From: Chthoniobacteraceae bacterium
GTDB lineage: Bacteria > Verrucomicrobiota > Verrucomicrobiia > Chthoniobacterales > Chthoniobacteraceae
Length of the DNA: 64,000 nt
Assembly: GCA_947471505.1 (NCBI GenBank)
Contig: CANIWM010000012.1
Coordinates: forward strand, 15,867 to 79,866
Direction of reading: 5' to 3'
A model generated the notes under the pieces. The model was not told where the DNA came from, ran no database searches, and saw only the letters and a program-made list of their open reading frames with translations. Made by a program: the position numbers and the translations under genes. This document shows, piece after piece, positions 10,807-19,537 of this stretch (positions within the stretch are counted from its first letter, which is position 1; every line of letters starts with the position of its first letter).

Positions 10807-11046
10807 GGCACTTTTACATACGAGGGTGACGCGCGGATCTTTCAGAAAATCTTTGCAGATAGCGAGACTCGTTTCCACCGATTCGGCTGATGCGCGGAGT
10901 TGCGGGCTTAATCTAGCGAGTCCCACCACGTTCGACCGAAAGAAGCCCAGGTCGATAGAAATCCGCATTTCGCTCCGCATCGGGGTAGAAATTGTTCGCG
11001 CAGACTCGCGCAGTCGCATACGCCCGCTCAAAGCTCCTGCATCTTC

Positions 11047-12153
11047 ATGAACTACATCTCCATCGCCGCATCACTTTTTGCCCTCTCCATTTTTGCCCGA
11101 GCGGAGGATAGACCGAAACTTCAAATCATCAACGGGACCAAAGAGCCGGTCGAAGTCTTCTGGCTCAAATCGGACACCGAACGTGTGCCATCGGGCACCG
11201 TCCGAGCCGGTCGCGACTTGGAAATCACCACAACGCTCGGGCACCGCTTCGCCATCGTCCAAGGCAAGACAAGCGTTACGGGGACGAGCCTCACCAAAGT
11301 CCAAGCCGTCCGCTTCGACCTCCCCAATATGGACGGAGTGCCCGCATTTTACACTCAGGCAGTGCGCGCCAGCGGCTTTCCCATCGTCGCCTCGGCAAAG
11401 GTAAATCCGTATGCGCTCAAGGAGGCTGCCTACATCGTGGACATGCTACTCGCCAAGCGCCCAGACGTGCGCAAAGCGATGATCCAAAGCGGGGCGCGGC
11501 TCTGCATCATGGCGCACGACGAATACACCACAGACTTGCCCGAATTCGAGCGCATGGGGCGCACGGGCGAGTCGGAGTTTCCCGGCGTCTCTGCGAAAGA
11601 TTTCTGGGACGCGCGGGCTCGCGGGACGGGCGGCAGCCAGCACGACCCGTTTTGCACATGCGCGGAGGAAAACGTGCTCGGCTACAAAGGCGACCCATAT
11701 TCGACAGAGTGCATCCTGATCCATGAATTCGCCCACAGCATCCACTTGCGCGGCCTCTCGAATGTGGACCCGACCTTTGATCCCCGGCTCAAAGAAACCT
11801 ATGACGCAGCGATGAAAGCGGGCCTCTGGCGCGGCAAATACGCCAGCGTTAATCATCACGAATACTTCGCCGAAGGGGTGCAATCGTGGTTCGACAACAA
11901 CCGTGAAAACGACCACGACCACAACCACGTCAACACCCGCGCCGAACTGCTCGAATACGACCCCGGACTCGCCGCGATGTGCCGCGAAGTTTTTGGCGAC
12001 ACCGAGGTGAAATATACCAAGCCCGCGACGCGCCTAACCGCCCACATGGCAGGCTACGACCCTTCCAGCACGCCCACGTTTGTTTGGCCGGAGCGGCTGA
12101 AAAAAGCGCAGGACGCCATTCACAAGCAGGCGCTGGAGCGGAATCGTCCTTGA
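11047..12153 (+). CDS. secreted putative zinc metallopeptidase (HExxH motif)
   Basis: Signal peptide MNYISIAASLFALSIFARA, HEFAH motif (ILIHEFAHSIH) and a downstream candidate third zinc ligand (HHEYFAEGVQSW). Family not identified. Confidence 0.55.
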   Translation: MNYISIAASLFALSIFARAEDRPKLQIINGTKEPVEVFWLKSDTERVPSGTVRAGRDLEITTTLGHRFAIVQGKTSVTGTSLTKVQAVRFDLPNMDGVPAFYTQAVRASGFPIVASAKVNPYALKEAAYIVDMLLAKRPDVRKAMIQSGARLCIMAHDEYTTDLPEFERMGRTGESEFPGVSAKDFWDARARGTGGSQHDPFCTCAEENVLGYKGDPYSTECILIHEFAHSIHLRGLSNVDPTFDPRLKETYDAAMKAGLWRGKYASVNHHEYFAEGVQSWFDNNRENDHDHNHVNTRAELLEYDPGLAAMCREVFGDTEVKYTKPATRLTAHMAGYDPSSTPTFVWPERLKKAQDAIHKQALERNRP

Positions 12154-12219
12154 TGAATTGCCTGTGGGCGGATGGCTGGTGGGTTGCAAATCGTTTTTGG
12201 CGCGTCATCCTCGGCGGTA

Positions 12220-12834
12220 ATGAAACTCACTGCTCGTCTCGCGCTCTGTGCGCTCGCTGCCCTCTCGCTCGGAATGTCGAGCAAACCGAAGGTGACTGTC
12301 CGTTTTCACGCCGAGACGAATCGGAATGATACGAGCAGCTTCGCCGTCCCCGTGAAGCTCAAGTATGGGCAGCGCGATGCGTCTATTGCCCGCATCCCGG
12401 AGTTCTCCGAGCGCAACATCAAGGCCATCTTCCCGTGGAAAACCGCAGATGGCACTTGGGGCTGCGCTTTTAAGCTGAACGACAGTGGGCGCATCCGGCT
12501 GGAGACGATGAGCAGCACGAACCACGGCTCGGCGATGGTGCTCTTTATCGGCACGAAAGCGGGGATGCACCAAGTCATTGATATGGTAATTGATCGCACG
12601 GTGAGCGACGGCATCATCTCCATCCCGAACGGGCTCACGGACATCGAGGTGCTGGTTTTGAAGAACCAATTCCCCGTTCTCGGCGAGTCGAAGGAGAAGA
12701 AAAAAGAAGCGTCCAAGCCGCAAGACCCCGTGGACTGGAAGATTGACCGCAACAGCCCTCCGCCGGCTGCGGAGGCTCCGCGCAAACCCAAGCGCCCCGA
12801 GCCAAAGCCGGAGCTGCCGCGTGTGGCGGATTGA
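12220..12834 (+). CDS. hypothetical secreted protein with Lys/Pro-rich C-terminal tail
   Basis: Start at MKLTARLALCALAALSLG (signal peptide). Stop is 4 nt before recF. No recognised domain. Confidence 0.5.
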   Translation: MKLTARLALCALAALSLGMSSKPKVTVRFHAETNRNDTSSFAVPVKLKYGQRDASIARIPEFSERNIKAIFPWKTADGTWGCAFKLNDSGRIRLETMSSTNHGSAMVLFIGTKAGMHQVIDMVIDRTVSDGIISIPNGLTDIEVLVLKNQFPVLGESKEKKKEASKPQDPVDWKIDRNSPPPAAEAPRKPKRPEPKPELPRVAD

Positions 12835-12837
12835 GCG

Positions 12838-13863
12838 ATGCTCACGACGCTGAAGGTCCGACATTTCCGCTGTTTCGAGCAGTTCGAGTGGGAGCTAGAG
12901 AGCGGGTCGAATTTCATCATCGGCCCCAACGCCCACGGGAAGACTTCGCTGCTGGAGGCCGCGTGTATTTTACTCCGGCTGCAATCGCCGCGCGTCGCCT
13001 CGCTGGCTCGCGTGGTGCAGCACGAGCGGCGGGGCTTTGTGGTGGATGGATATTTTGCGCAGCGGCACCTCCAGTTTTACTACGGCACGCAGCGCAAGAA
13101 GCTGGCGCTCGATAGCGTGGAGCAGACGAACAGCAAGGAGTGGCTCCAGCTCGGGCGCGTCGTGTGGTTTGGCAATGAGGACATCGAGCTGGCTCGCGGC
13201 GGGGCGGAGAAGCGGCGGAAGTTCCTCGATTTCATCGGCACACAGCGGGATGCGGGCTACCGCACCTCGCTCCGCGCATTCGAGCACGCGCTGCGTTCGC
13301 GCAACCATTTGCTCAAGCAGCCGTCGCAGCGGTGGCGGGAAATTGCGGCGTTCGATGGCCCGCTGCTCCAGCACGGCGACTATGTGCGCACGGTTCGGCA
13401 TAGCCTCCTCGCTGAGTTGCAGGCCGACGCCGATGCCGCGCATTTTGCCATCAGCGGGCAGCGCGAGAGTCTGCGCCTCGAATACGTTCCCGGCGACCAA
13501 GGGGACTTCGCCACCGCTCTCGCCGCTGCGAAAGTGGAAGACACCCGGCTCCGACAGACGACCGTCGGCCCGCATCGCGATGACGTGCGCTTTTTCCTCA
13601 ACAAACTCCCCGCCGACGATGCCAGCGAGGGCCAGCAGCGCACGCTCGTCCTCGCGCTGAAGCTCGGTGCCACGCGGCTGCTAGAGCGGCATTTCGGCAC
13701 GCCGCCGCTGCTGCTGCTCGACGATATTTTCGGCGAACTCGACCCCGCACGCCGCAACGCCCTGCTCGCCGCGCTGCCACCCGCTGCGCAGAAAGTGATC
13801 ACGACCACGCATCTCGACTGGATGCCGGAGGCAGGCGACGGGCGCGTGCTGAAGCTCGGATGA
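12838..13863 (+). CDS. recF: DNA replication and repair protein RecF
   Basis: Walker A GPNAHGKTSLLEA, RecF-typical length (341 aa), SMC-like signature region and Walker B LLLLDDIFGELD. Confidence 0.9.
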   Translation: MLTTLKVRHFRCFEQFEWELESGSNFIIGPNAHGKTSLLEAACILLRLQSPRVASLARVVQHERRGFVVDGYFAQRHLQFYYGTQRKKLALDSVEQTNSKEWLQLGRVVWFGNEDIELARGGAEKRRKFLDFIGTQRDAGYRTSLRAFEHALRSRNHLLKQPSQRWREIAAFDGPLLQHGDYVRTVRHSLLAELQADADAAHFAISGQRESLRLEYVPGDQGDFATALAAAKVEDTRLRQTTVGPHRDDVRFFLNKLPADDASEGQQRTLVLALKLGATRLLERHFGTPPLLLLDDIFGELDPARRNALLAALPPAAQKVITTTHLDWMPEAGDGRVLKLG

Positions 13864-13913
13864 TTTGCCGTTGCCGAATGATGCGGCTTAGATAGCATTA
13901 GTGGCGTCTCAAT

Positions 13914-14891
13914 ATGAATCCCACATCACTCGCCACAGCGCCCCGTGTGTTCACCCGGCGCGCATTCATCTCCACGGCAGCACTGCTCGCTGGCGGATGC
14001 TCGCCGGACCCCGTTCCTCGGCTTCGGATTGGGACGTTCACTTTCCCAGGCTACGAGCCTCTTTTCCTCGCGAGGTCGCTGGGGAAGCTGGATGAGAAGC
14101 GGGTGCAACTGCTGGAGTTCCCCACGGTGGCAGAGGCGCTTTTGGCGTTCAAAAATCGGGCGATAGACGGGCTGACGGTTACGCTCGATGACGTGCTGCG
14201 CCTCGCGCAAGCCGGGCACGAGCCGAGGATCGTGCTCATGCTCGACTACTCGGACGGCGCAGACGTGATCGTCACAAAGCAGACCACCGCCGACATTGAA
14301 GCACTACGCGGGCAGCGCGTCGGCGTGGAGACGAACTCGGTCGGTACATTTGTGCTCGCGCGGGCGCTGGAGACGAAAGGGATGAAGATCGACGATGTGC
14401 GTTCCATCTCTTTGCGGGCAGACCGAATCGAGGGCGCATTTCTTCGAGGGGAACTGGAAGCGGTGGTGACGTATGAGCCGTATCGAAGCAGGCTGATCGC
14501 TCGCGGAGGGCGAGAGATTTTCGACAGCCGCGCGCTCAACGGTGAAATCGCCGATGTGCTTGTGTTCCGGCGCGAGGGGATCGAAGCGCAGCGCGCAAAC
14601 ATCGCGCTGGCGGTGAAGGGCTGGCGTAGCGCGCTCGAATATATCCGCACCCAACCGAACGACGCTCTGGCGCGCATGGCTCCGCGCGAGGGGCTCTCGG
14701 CAGAGCAATTTGGCAAGGCGATCCAGTTGATCCATCTCTACACGAGCGACGAGAATCGGGCGTTGCTCTCGCCGGGAGATTCCGCATTGGCGGAGAAGCT
14801 GCGGAAGATTGCGGCCTTTCTCGAAGAGCAGAAATTTCTGCCGCCCGGTGTGGATGTATCGGTCCTGCGCGACGGGAGTTTTTCGCTATGA
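13914..14891 (+). CDS. periplasmic substrate-binding protein, NMT1/SsuA/TauA-like (ABC-type nitrate/sulfonate/bicarbonate family), probably a lipoprotein
   Basis: Signal with LAGGCS lipobox-like motif and a type 2 periplasmic-binding fold. The ORF overlaps the downstream sensor kinase gene by 4 nt (ATGA). Confidence 0.7.
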   Translation: MNPTSLATAPRVFTRRAFISTAALLAGGCSPDPVPRLRIGTFTFPGYEPLFLARSLGKLDEKRVQLLEFPTVAEALLAFKNRAIDGLTVTLDDVLRLAQAGHEPRIVLMLDYSDGADVIVTKQTTADIEALRGQRVGVETNSVGTFVLARALETKGMKIDDVRSISLRADRIEGAFLRGELEAVVTYEPYRSRLIARGGREIFDSRALNGEIADVLVFRREGIEAQRANIALAVKGWRSALEYIRTQPNDALARMAPREGLSAEQFGKAIQLIHLYTSDENRALLSPGDSALAEKLRKIAAFLEEQKFLPPGVDVSVLRDGSFSL

Positions 14892-17197
14892 AGTTTCCAC
14901 CACCACTTCGGATTTGGATTCCGCTCGCCGTCTTTTGCTTTGTCGCATTCGTAGGTTTTTTCGCTGCGATTTATGAGCGGAGGACGGAGGATCGCGCGAT
15001 TGAGGCGAGCACAAGAACGCGGGTACATGCGCTCGGCACGAAGGTGGCGTCCATGGCGTCGTTCCTCGTGGAGATGGATTCGCTCACGGGCGTGCGCCGC
15101 GAGGTGAGCCTTTCCGCGGCGCTGCCGGATGTGGAGCAAGTGACGGTGCTAGGGCCGGGCGATGTGGTGATGTTTGCGAACCGGCAGGAGCAGATGGGGC
15201 TCCCGCTGGCAAAGAGCATCGCAGCGCTGTACGCTGAACTGATCGCCCAAGCTCGCACATCGGGCGGCGGGCGCGTGGGGCTATCTCCAGACCGCGAGCA
15301 CATCATCGGCGCGTTCCCCTTTCCATACGTGAGTGCGGTAGCAGGGGTGAAGCAGGGCGGCGTCGGCGTAGTACTGCTGACCATCGATGTATCCACAGCG
15401 AAAGCGGTCGCGGCGGGTGCGACTCAGCGCCGGATGCTTTACAGCGGCCTGATCTTTCTCGGCCTTGGCGCGCTGATGGCGCTGATCTTTCACCGGATGC
15501 TGACGTCGCGCGTCCAGCATCTGGTGAAGACCTCCCAGCAACTCGCGACGGGCGACCTCTCGGCTCGCGCGGCGCTGGAAGGGGGCGATGAGATCGCCGA
15601 CCTTGGCCGCGCGTTCGACGACATGGCGGCGCAGCTAGAGCACCGCGATGCGATGCTTGTGGCGACGGAGCAGCGCTTCCGGCAGATCGCCGAGAACATC
15701 GAGGAGATATTTTGGTCATACGATCTACAGACGCATCGGATGCTCTTCGTCACGCCTGCGTTTGAGCGGATTCTCGGCGTCAAAATCGACCCCACAGTGG
15801 GTGCGAATATGCAGTGGATCGCCGCGCTGCATCCCGAAGACAAAGAGCGAGTCGCGGCGGCGTTTTCCGACGAGCAAAACGGGCGCGAGGAGATCGAATA
15901 CCGCATCGTCCGCCCCGATGGCACTGTGCGCTGGATGCGCGACCGATGCTTTATCATCCGTGGAAAAGGCGGCGCGGCAGAGCGTGTCGCGGGCATCGCC
16001 TCGGACATCACCGAGCACCGCTTGGCCGTGGAGGAAAAGGCGGCGTTCGACCGGAAAATCCAGGAGACCCAGCGGCTCGAAAGTCTCGGCGTGCTCGCTG
16101 GCGGAATTGCGCACGATTTCAACAACCTGCTAACCGGCGTGCTTGGCTACGCCAGCCTCTCGAAGATGAGCCTCTCTGCCACGGACAAAGTGCAGACCTT
16201 CCTCACCGAGATCGAAAATACCGCCGTGCGCGCCGCCGATTTGTGCAAGCAGATGCTCGCCTACTCGGGCAAGGGCCGCTTCGTCGTGCAGTTGCTGGAC
16301 GTGAGCGCCCTCGTCCACGAGACGACGCAACTACTTCACCTCTCCATCGCCAAGAATGTCGTCCTTCGGTTAAACCTCAGCAAAGACCTGCCGCCCATCA
16401 AAGCCGACCCCACGCAACTCCGCCAAGTAGTGATGAACCTCGTCATCAACGCCAGCGAAGCCCTCGGCGACAAGAGCGGCACCATCTCCCTCACCACCGG
16501 AATCGTCCGCGTAGATGCTGAGTATCTCGACAGCACCGTGCTCTCCGAGCGACTCCCCGAGGCCGACTACATCTTCATCGAAGTCGCCGACAACGGCTGC
16601 GGCATGAGCGCAGAAACCAAAGCGCGGATTTTCGAGCCCTTCTTCACCACCAAATTCACCGGGCGCGGCCTCGGCCTCAGCGCCGTCCTCGGTATCGTGC
16701 GCGGGCACCACGGCGCGATGAAGGTTTATTCCGAGCAGGGAAAAGGCACGATGTTCAAGCTCCTCTTCCCCATCGCAGAAGGCCACGCCGTGCCGCTCTC
16801 CGCGGTCGCCGACGGCGAATCTGCATTTCGCGGCTCGGGGTTTATCCTCGTCGTGGATGATGAGGAGACCGTCCGCACCGTCAGCGCCCGTTTGCTGGAG
16901 GCGCTCGGCTTCTCCGTCATCCTTGCCCAAGACGGCGGCGATGCCGTGGAGAAGTTCAAAGCCCGCCGCAGTGAAATCCGCGCCGTCCTCATGGACCTCA
17001 CCATGCCGCACATGAACGGCGAAGAAGCGTTCCGCCACCTCCGCGCCATAGACCCCGACGTGCGCGTGCTGCTCATGAGCGGATTTAGCGAACAGGAAGC
17101 CGTCAACCGCTTCACCGGCAAAGGACTCTCCGGCTTCATCGAAAAACCATTCCGCTCGGAATCCCTCCGAGCAAAACTGATGGCCATCGGGTTGTAA
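14888..17197 (+). CDS. hybrid sensor histidine kinase (TM-HAMP-PAS-HisKA-HATPase-receiver)
   Basis: N-terminal TM helices, PAS-like region, phosphorylatable H-box (IAHDFNNLLTGVLGY), HATPase G-boxes (DNGCGM, GRGLGLS) and a C-terminal receiver domain (LVVDDEETV...LMDLTMP). Confidence 0.85.
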   Translation: MKFPPPLRIWIPLAVFCFVAFVGFFAAIYERRTEDRAIEASTRTRVHALGTKVASMASFLVEMDSLTGVRREVSLSAALPDVEQVTVLGPGDVVMFANRQEQMGLPLAKSIAALYAELIAQARTSGGGRVGLSPDREHIIGAFPFPYVSAVAGVKQGGVGVVLLTIDVSTAKAVAAGATQRRMLYSGLIFLGLGALMALIFHRMLTSRVQHLVKTSQQLATGDLSARAALEGGDEIADLGRAFDDMAAQLEHRDAMLVATEQRFRQIAENIEEIFWSYDLQTHRMLFVTPAFERILGVKIDPTVGANMQWIAALHPEDKERVAAAFSDEQNGREEIEYRIVRPDGTVRWMRDRCFIIRGKGGAAERVAGIASDITEHRLAVEEKAAFDRKIQETQRLESLGVLAGGIAHDFNNLLTGVLGYASLSKMSLSATDKVQTFLTEIENTAVRAADLCKQMLAYSGKGRFVVQLLDVSALVHETTQLLHLSIAKNVVLRLNLSKDLPPIKADPTQLRQVVMNLVINASEALGDKSGTISLTTGIVRVDAEYLDSTVLSERLPEADYIFIEVADNGCGMSAETKARIFEPFFTTKFTGRGLGLSAVLGIVRGHHGAMKVYSEQGKGTMFKLLFPIAEGHAVPLSAVADGESAFRGSGFILVVDDEETVRTVSARLLEALGFSVILAQDGGDAVEKFKARRSEIRAVLMDLTMPHMNGEEAFRHLRAIDPDVRVLLMSGFSEQEAVNRFTGKGLSGFIEKPFRSESLRAKLMAIGL

Positions 17198-17201
17198 CAG
17201 C

Positions 17202-18014
17202 GTGCGCTTTTCCATCGTCACACCAAGTCTCCGGCAGCTCGATTGGCTCCGCCTTTGCGTCCGCTCAATCGAGGATCAGGCTGTGGAAAAGGAGCATTTC
17301 ATCGAAGACGGCGGCACTGGCCCCGAGCTGGAGGAATGGGTGCGCGGCCAGACGAAGGCGCAGCTTTTTGTCGAGCAAGACGGCGGCATCTACGATGCGC
17401 TCAACCGTGGCTTTGCGCGAGCCACCGGCGATGTGCTGGCGTGGCTGAACTGCGATGAACAATACCTCCCCGGCGCGCTCGCCGCCGTCGCCGCCGAGTT
17501 CGCGGCGCGGCCCGAGCTCGATGTCCTCCTTGCGGATAATCTCATCGTGGACAACACCGGCAGCTACCTCGCGCACCGCTTCTCGCTCATCCCCGAAGCC
17601 AGCCAATGCTGGTGGCGATTCCCCGTATCGAGTTGCGCCCTCTTTTTCCGCCGCCGCGTCTGGCAGCCTTTCGACACGCAGTGGAAGTCCTCCGGCGACT
17701 GGTGGTGGTTCATGGCGATGCTCCAGCGCGGGGCGAAAGTGGGCGTCCTCCGCCGCTTCGTCGCCACCTTCGGCGAGACGGGCGAAAACCTCGGACTCTC
17801 CCCCATCACCGCCACCGAGCACGCCGCCATCGCCGCCGCCCGTCCTTTGTGGGCGCGAGTTCTCGCCCCCGCCATCCTCATCCGCCACAAAGCCCGGATG
17901 CTCGCCTCGGGTGCCCATCGCGTAGAGCCTTTCGACTACCAAGTTTTCACCCGGACCAGCCCTAGCCGCCAGACGTTTCACGTAAAAAACCCCACCGCCA
18001 ACTGGCGGGCGTGA
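17202..18014 (+). CDS. glycosyltransferase family 2 protein
   Basis: N-terminal GT2 motif (FSIVTPSLRQLDWL...IEDGGTGP, DALNRG, and the D-x-D-like NCDEQY). Confidence 0.7.
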   Translation: MRFSIVTPSLRQLDWLRLCVRSIEDQAVEKEHFIEDGGTGPELEEWVRGQTKAQLFVEQDGGIYDALNRGFARATGDVLAWLNCDEQYLPGALAAVAAEFAARPELDVLLADNLIVDNTGSYLAHRFSLIPEASQCWWRFPVSSCALFFRRRVWQPFDTQWKSSGDWWWFMAMLQRGAKVGVLRRFVATFGETGENLGLSPITATEHAAIAAARPLWARVLAPAILIRHKARMLASGAHRVEPFDYQVFTRTSPSRQTFHVKNPTANWRA

Positions 18015-18190
18015 TTAAAACACGGTCCAAATGCCGCGAAGCGGAAAGTAGCTCGCGAGTCCCATCGCGGCCCTATGACTCCCGCGAAGCGGCACTTCTT
18101 CATTCGTGAGGCTTCGCCGTCGCAAAACGCCGCGAAGGGACTCGCGAGCTACTCTCTTGGATCACGTTTTGATCACGCCGCCAACTGGCG
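17995..18190. mobile_element. MITE/REP-like palindromic element (~170 bp) flanked by exact 13-bp direct repeats CCGCCAACTGGCG
   Basis: Direct repeats sit at 17995-18007 (the last codons of the GT2 gene) and 18178-18190. The interior has imperfect terminal inverted repeats (GCGTGATTAAAACACG / CGTGTTTTGATCACG), a 16-bp internal inverted repeat (GTAGCTCGCGAGTCCC at 18048-18063 and GGGACTCGCGAGCTAC at 18138-18153) and two exact CCGCGAAGCGG mini-hairpins plus a related CCGCGAAGGG motif. Confidence 0.5.
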
Positions 18191-18212
18191 ACGGTGAGCC
18201 TCCATCGTGGGC

Positions 18213-18248
18213 AAAAAAAGAGCCGGAGCCCTTGCGGACACCGGCTCT
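18213..18248 (-). terminator. intrinsic terminator of the 18270..18788 gene
   Basis: On the minus strand, an 8-bp perfect stem (AGAGCCGG/CCGGCTCT) with a 14-nt loop is followed by T7 (plus-strand AAAAAAA at 18213-18219). Confidence 0.6.
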
Positions 18249-18269
18249 GAGATATGGATCGGAGAAAAA

Positions 18270-18788
18270 CTAATCCGCCTTTTTAGCAGGCTTCGCGTCT
18301 TCTTTCTTCGCGGGTTTAGCATCGTCCTTCTTTTCTGCTTTTGGGCCGAACTTCGTGATCTTCACCACTTCATATTCGGTGCCGTCTGCATTCTTCTTGG
18401 TGCGGAGGCCAGCGACGGTGTCGCCAGCCTTGATGTCCTCGAACTTCGCAGCAGCGTCACCGTTTTTGATCTCGGTGGTCGCCGTCACGATATGTTTCAC
18501 GAGTTTGCCTTCCTTAGTTTTCTGTGTGAACGACTTCCCAGCAGCATCGATCTCGTCGGCGCGGGCGTTCATGGGTTGAGGCTTGGCGGCCTTCGCGTCG
18601 TCTTTCTTCGCGTCAGCGGCAGGAGCAGCGGCAGGAGCGTCGTCCTTCTTTGCATCAGCGGCTGGAGCAGCAGGAGCGGCTGGCGCTGCGGCTGGTTTAG
18701 CGGCTTCTTTTTTCTTCGCTTGCGCGAATGCGGAAGGCCCGACTGAGAGAGCGAGGCCGAGTGTGAGACTGAACAGGATTTGTTTCAT
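18270..18788 (-). CDS. secreted low-complexity Ala/Pro/Lys-rich protein
   Basis: Clear signal peptide MKQILFSLTLGLALSVGPSAFAQA, followed by repeats (KKDDAPAAAPAADAKKDDAKAAKP), then a small globular region. Own terminator downstream. Confidence 0.65.
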   Translation of the reverse strand: MKQILFSLTLGLALSVGPSAFAQAKKKEAAKPAAAPAAPAAPAADAKKDDAPAAAPAADAKKDDAKAAKPQPMNARADEIDAAGKSFTQKTKEGKLVKHIVTATTEIKNGDAAAKFEDIKAGDTVAGLRTKKNADGTEYEVVKITKFGPKAEKKDDAKPAKKEDAKPAKKAD

Positions 18789-19222
18789 GGGTTTGTTTGT
18801 TTGTTGTTTTGTGAGGCGCGCCAGCAGGCCCGGAGAGGGCGCTAATCTCGCGCCCGTCCGCTCTAGTCCCCGGTTTTTGGTGGGTCAAGCGAGAATCATC
18901 ACCGCGCACCGCATTTTTCCGCGGGCGATTCTCAGGGTTGCCGCCGCAGCGCCCCGATCCGATCCACCATCCTGGCAACAGTTGTTATCACCCCCCATTT
19001 ACGCCGAAGGCGTTGGGGTTCGGAAGGCTGAACCCTCCGGGTAAGAATCACGCTCATTGAGCGAGATTGGAAATCTCGCCTCCTCTGCGCTCGATTGCGC
19101 GGGCTATCCACATACGGCGGCCCCTCTACTTCACGGCATTTGTCCACTTTACCCTCCCGCTCTCTGTTAGCCGGCCGTGGAACGTCCTTGTTCCACGGAG
19201 AAATGGGCTTTTTCTCTGATGG

Positions 19223-19255
19223 CATATACTCATTCCGTCACAGAATGAGTATATG
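19223..19255. promoter_or_regulatory. perfect 13-7-13 palindrome CATATACTCATTC-N7-GAATGAGTATATG (candidate operator)
   Basis: Read directly from the sequence. The half-site GAATGAGT(A/T)T is the core of the downstream direct-repeat array. Confidence 0.5.
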
Positions 19256-19537
19256 CGGGGGCGGAATCTGTTTAATCTGCGAGTGGATGGGTTTAGGGCA
19301 GGATGGAATCTGCTTTGGCTGCGGCAGGATGAGTTTAACCTGCGAGGGGATGAGTTTAGGGCGGGATGAAATCTGTTTTGGCTGCGACAGGATGAGTTTA
19401 GAATCCGACGGAATCCATTTAGCCGCCAATCGAATGAGTTTAGGAAACGAGGGAATGAATTACGGAGGGAAACTCATGGGTATATTTTGCAACGGAATGA
19501 ACTGCATTTCCGGCGGAATGGGTTGTAAAGTAGTGCG
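19256..19537. repeat. array of about 13 degenerate direct repeats with ~21-bp period (core GGATGAGTTTAGG / GAATGNNTTTA)
   Basis: Includes two 63-bp higher-order copies at about 90% identity (19277-19339 and 19340-19402), each made of three 21-bp subunits. Located in an ~890-bp intergenic region between divergent genes. Confidence 0.7.

Noticed and set aside
19256-19537. Possible CRISPR array (regularly spaced repeats)
   Set aside because: Repeat cores are only about 11-13 nt, degenerate, and separated by 8-10 nt. The period of ~21 bp is far shorter than CRISPR repeat-plus-spacer units, higher-order 63-bp duplications are present, and no cas genes lie nearby.
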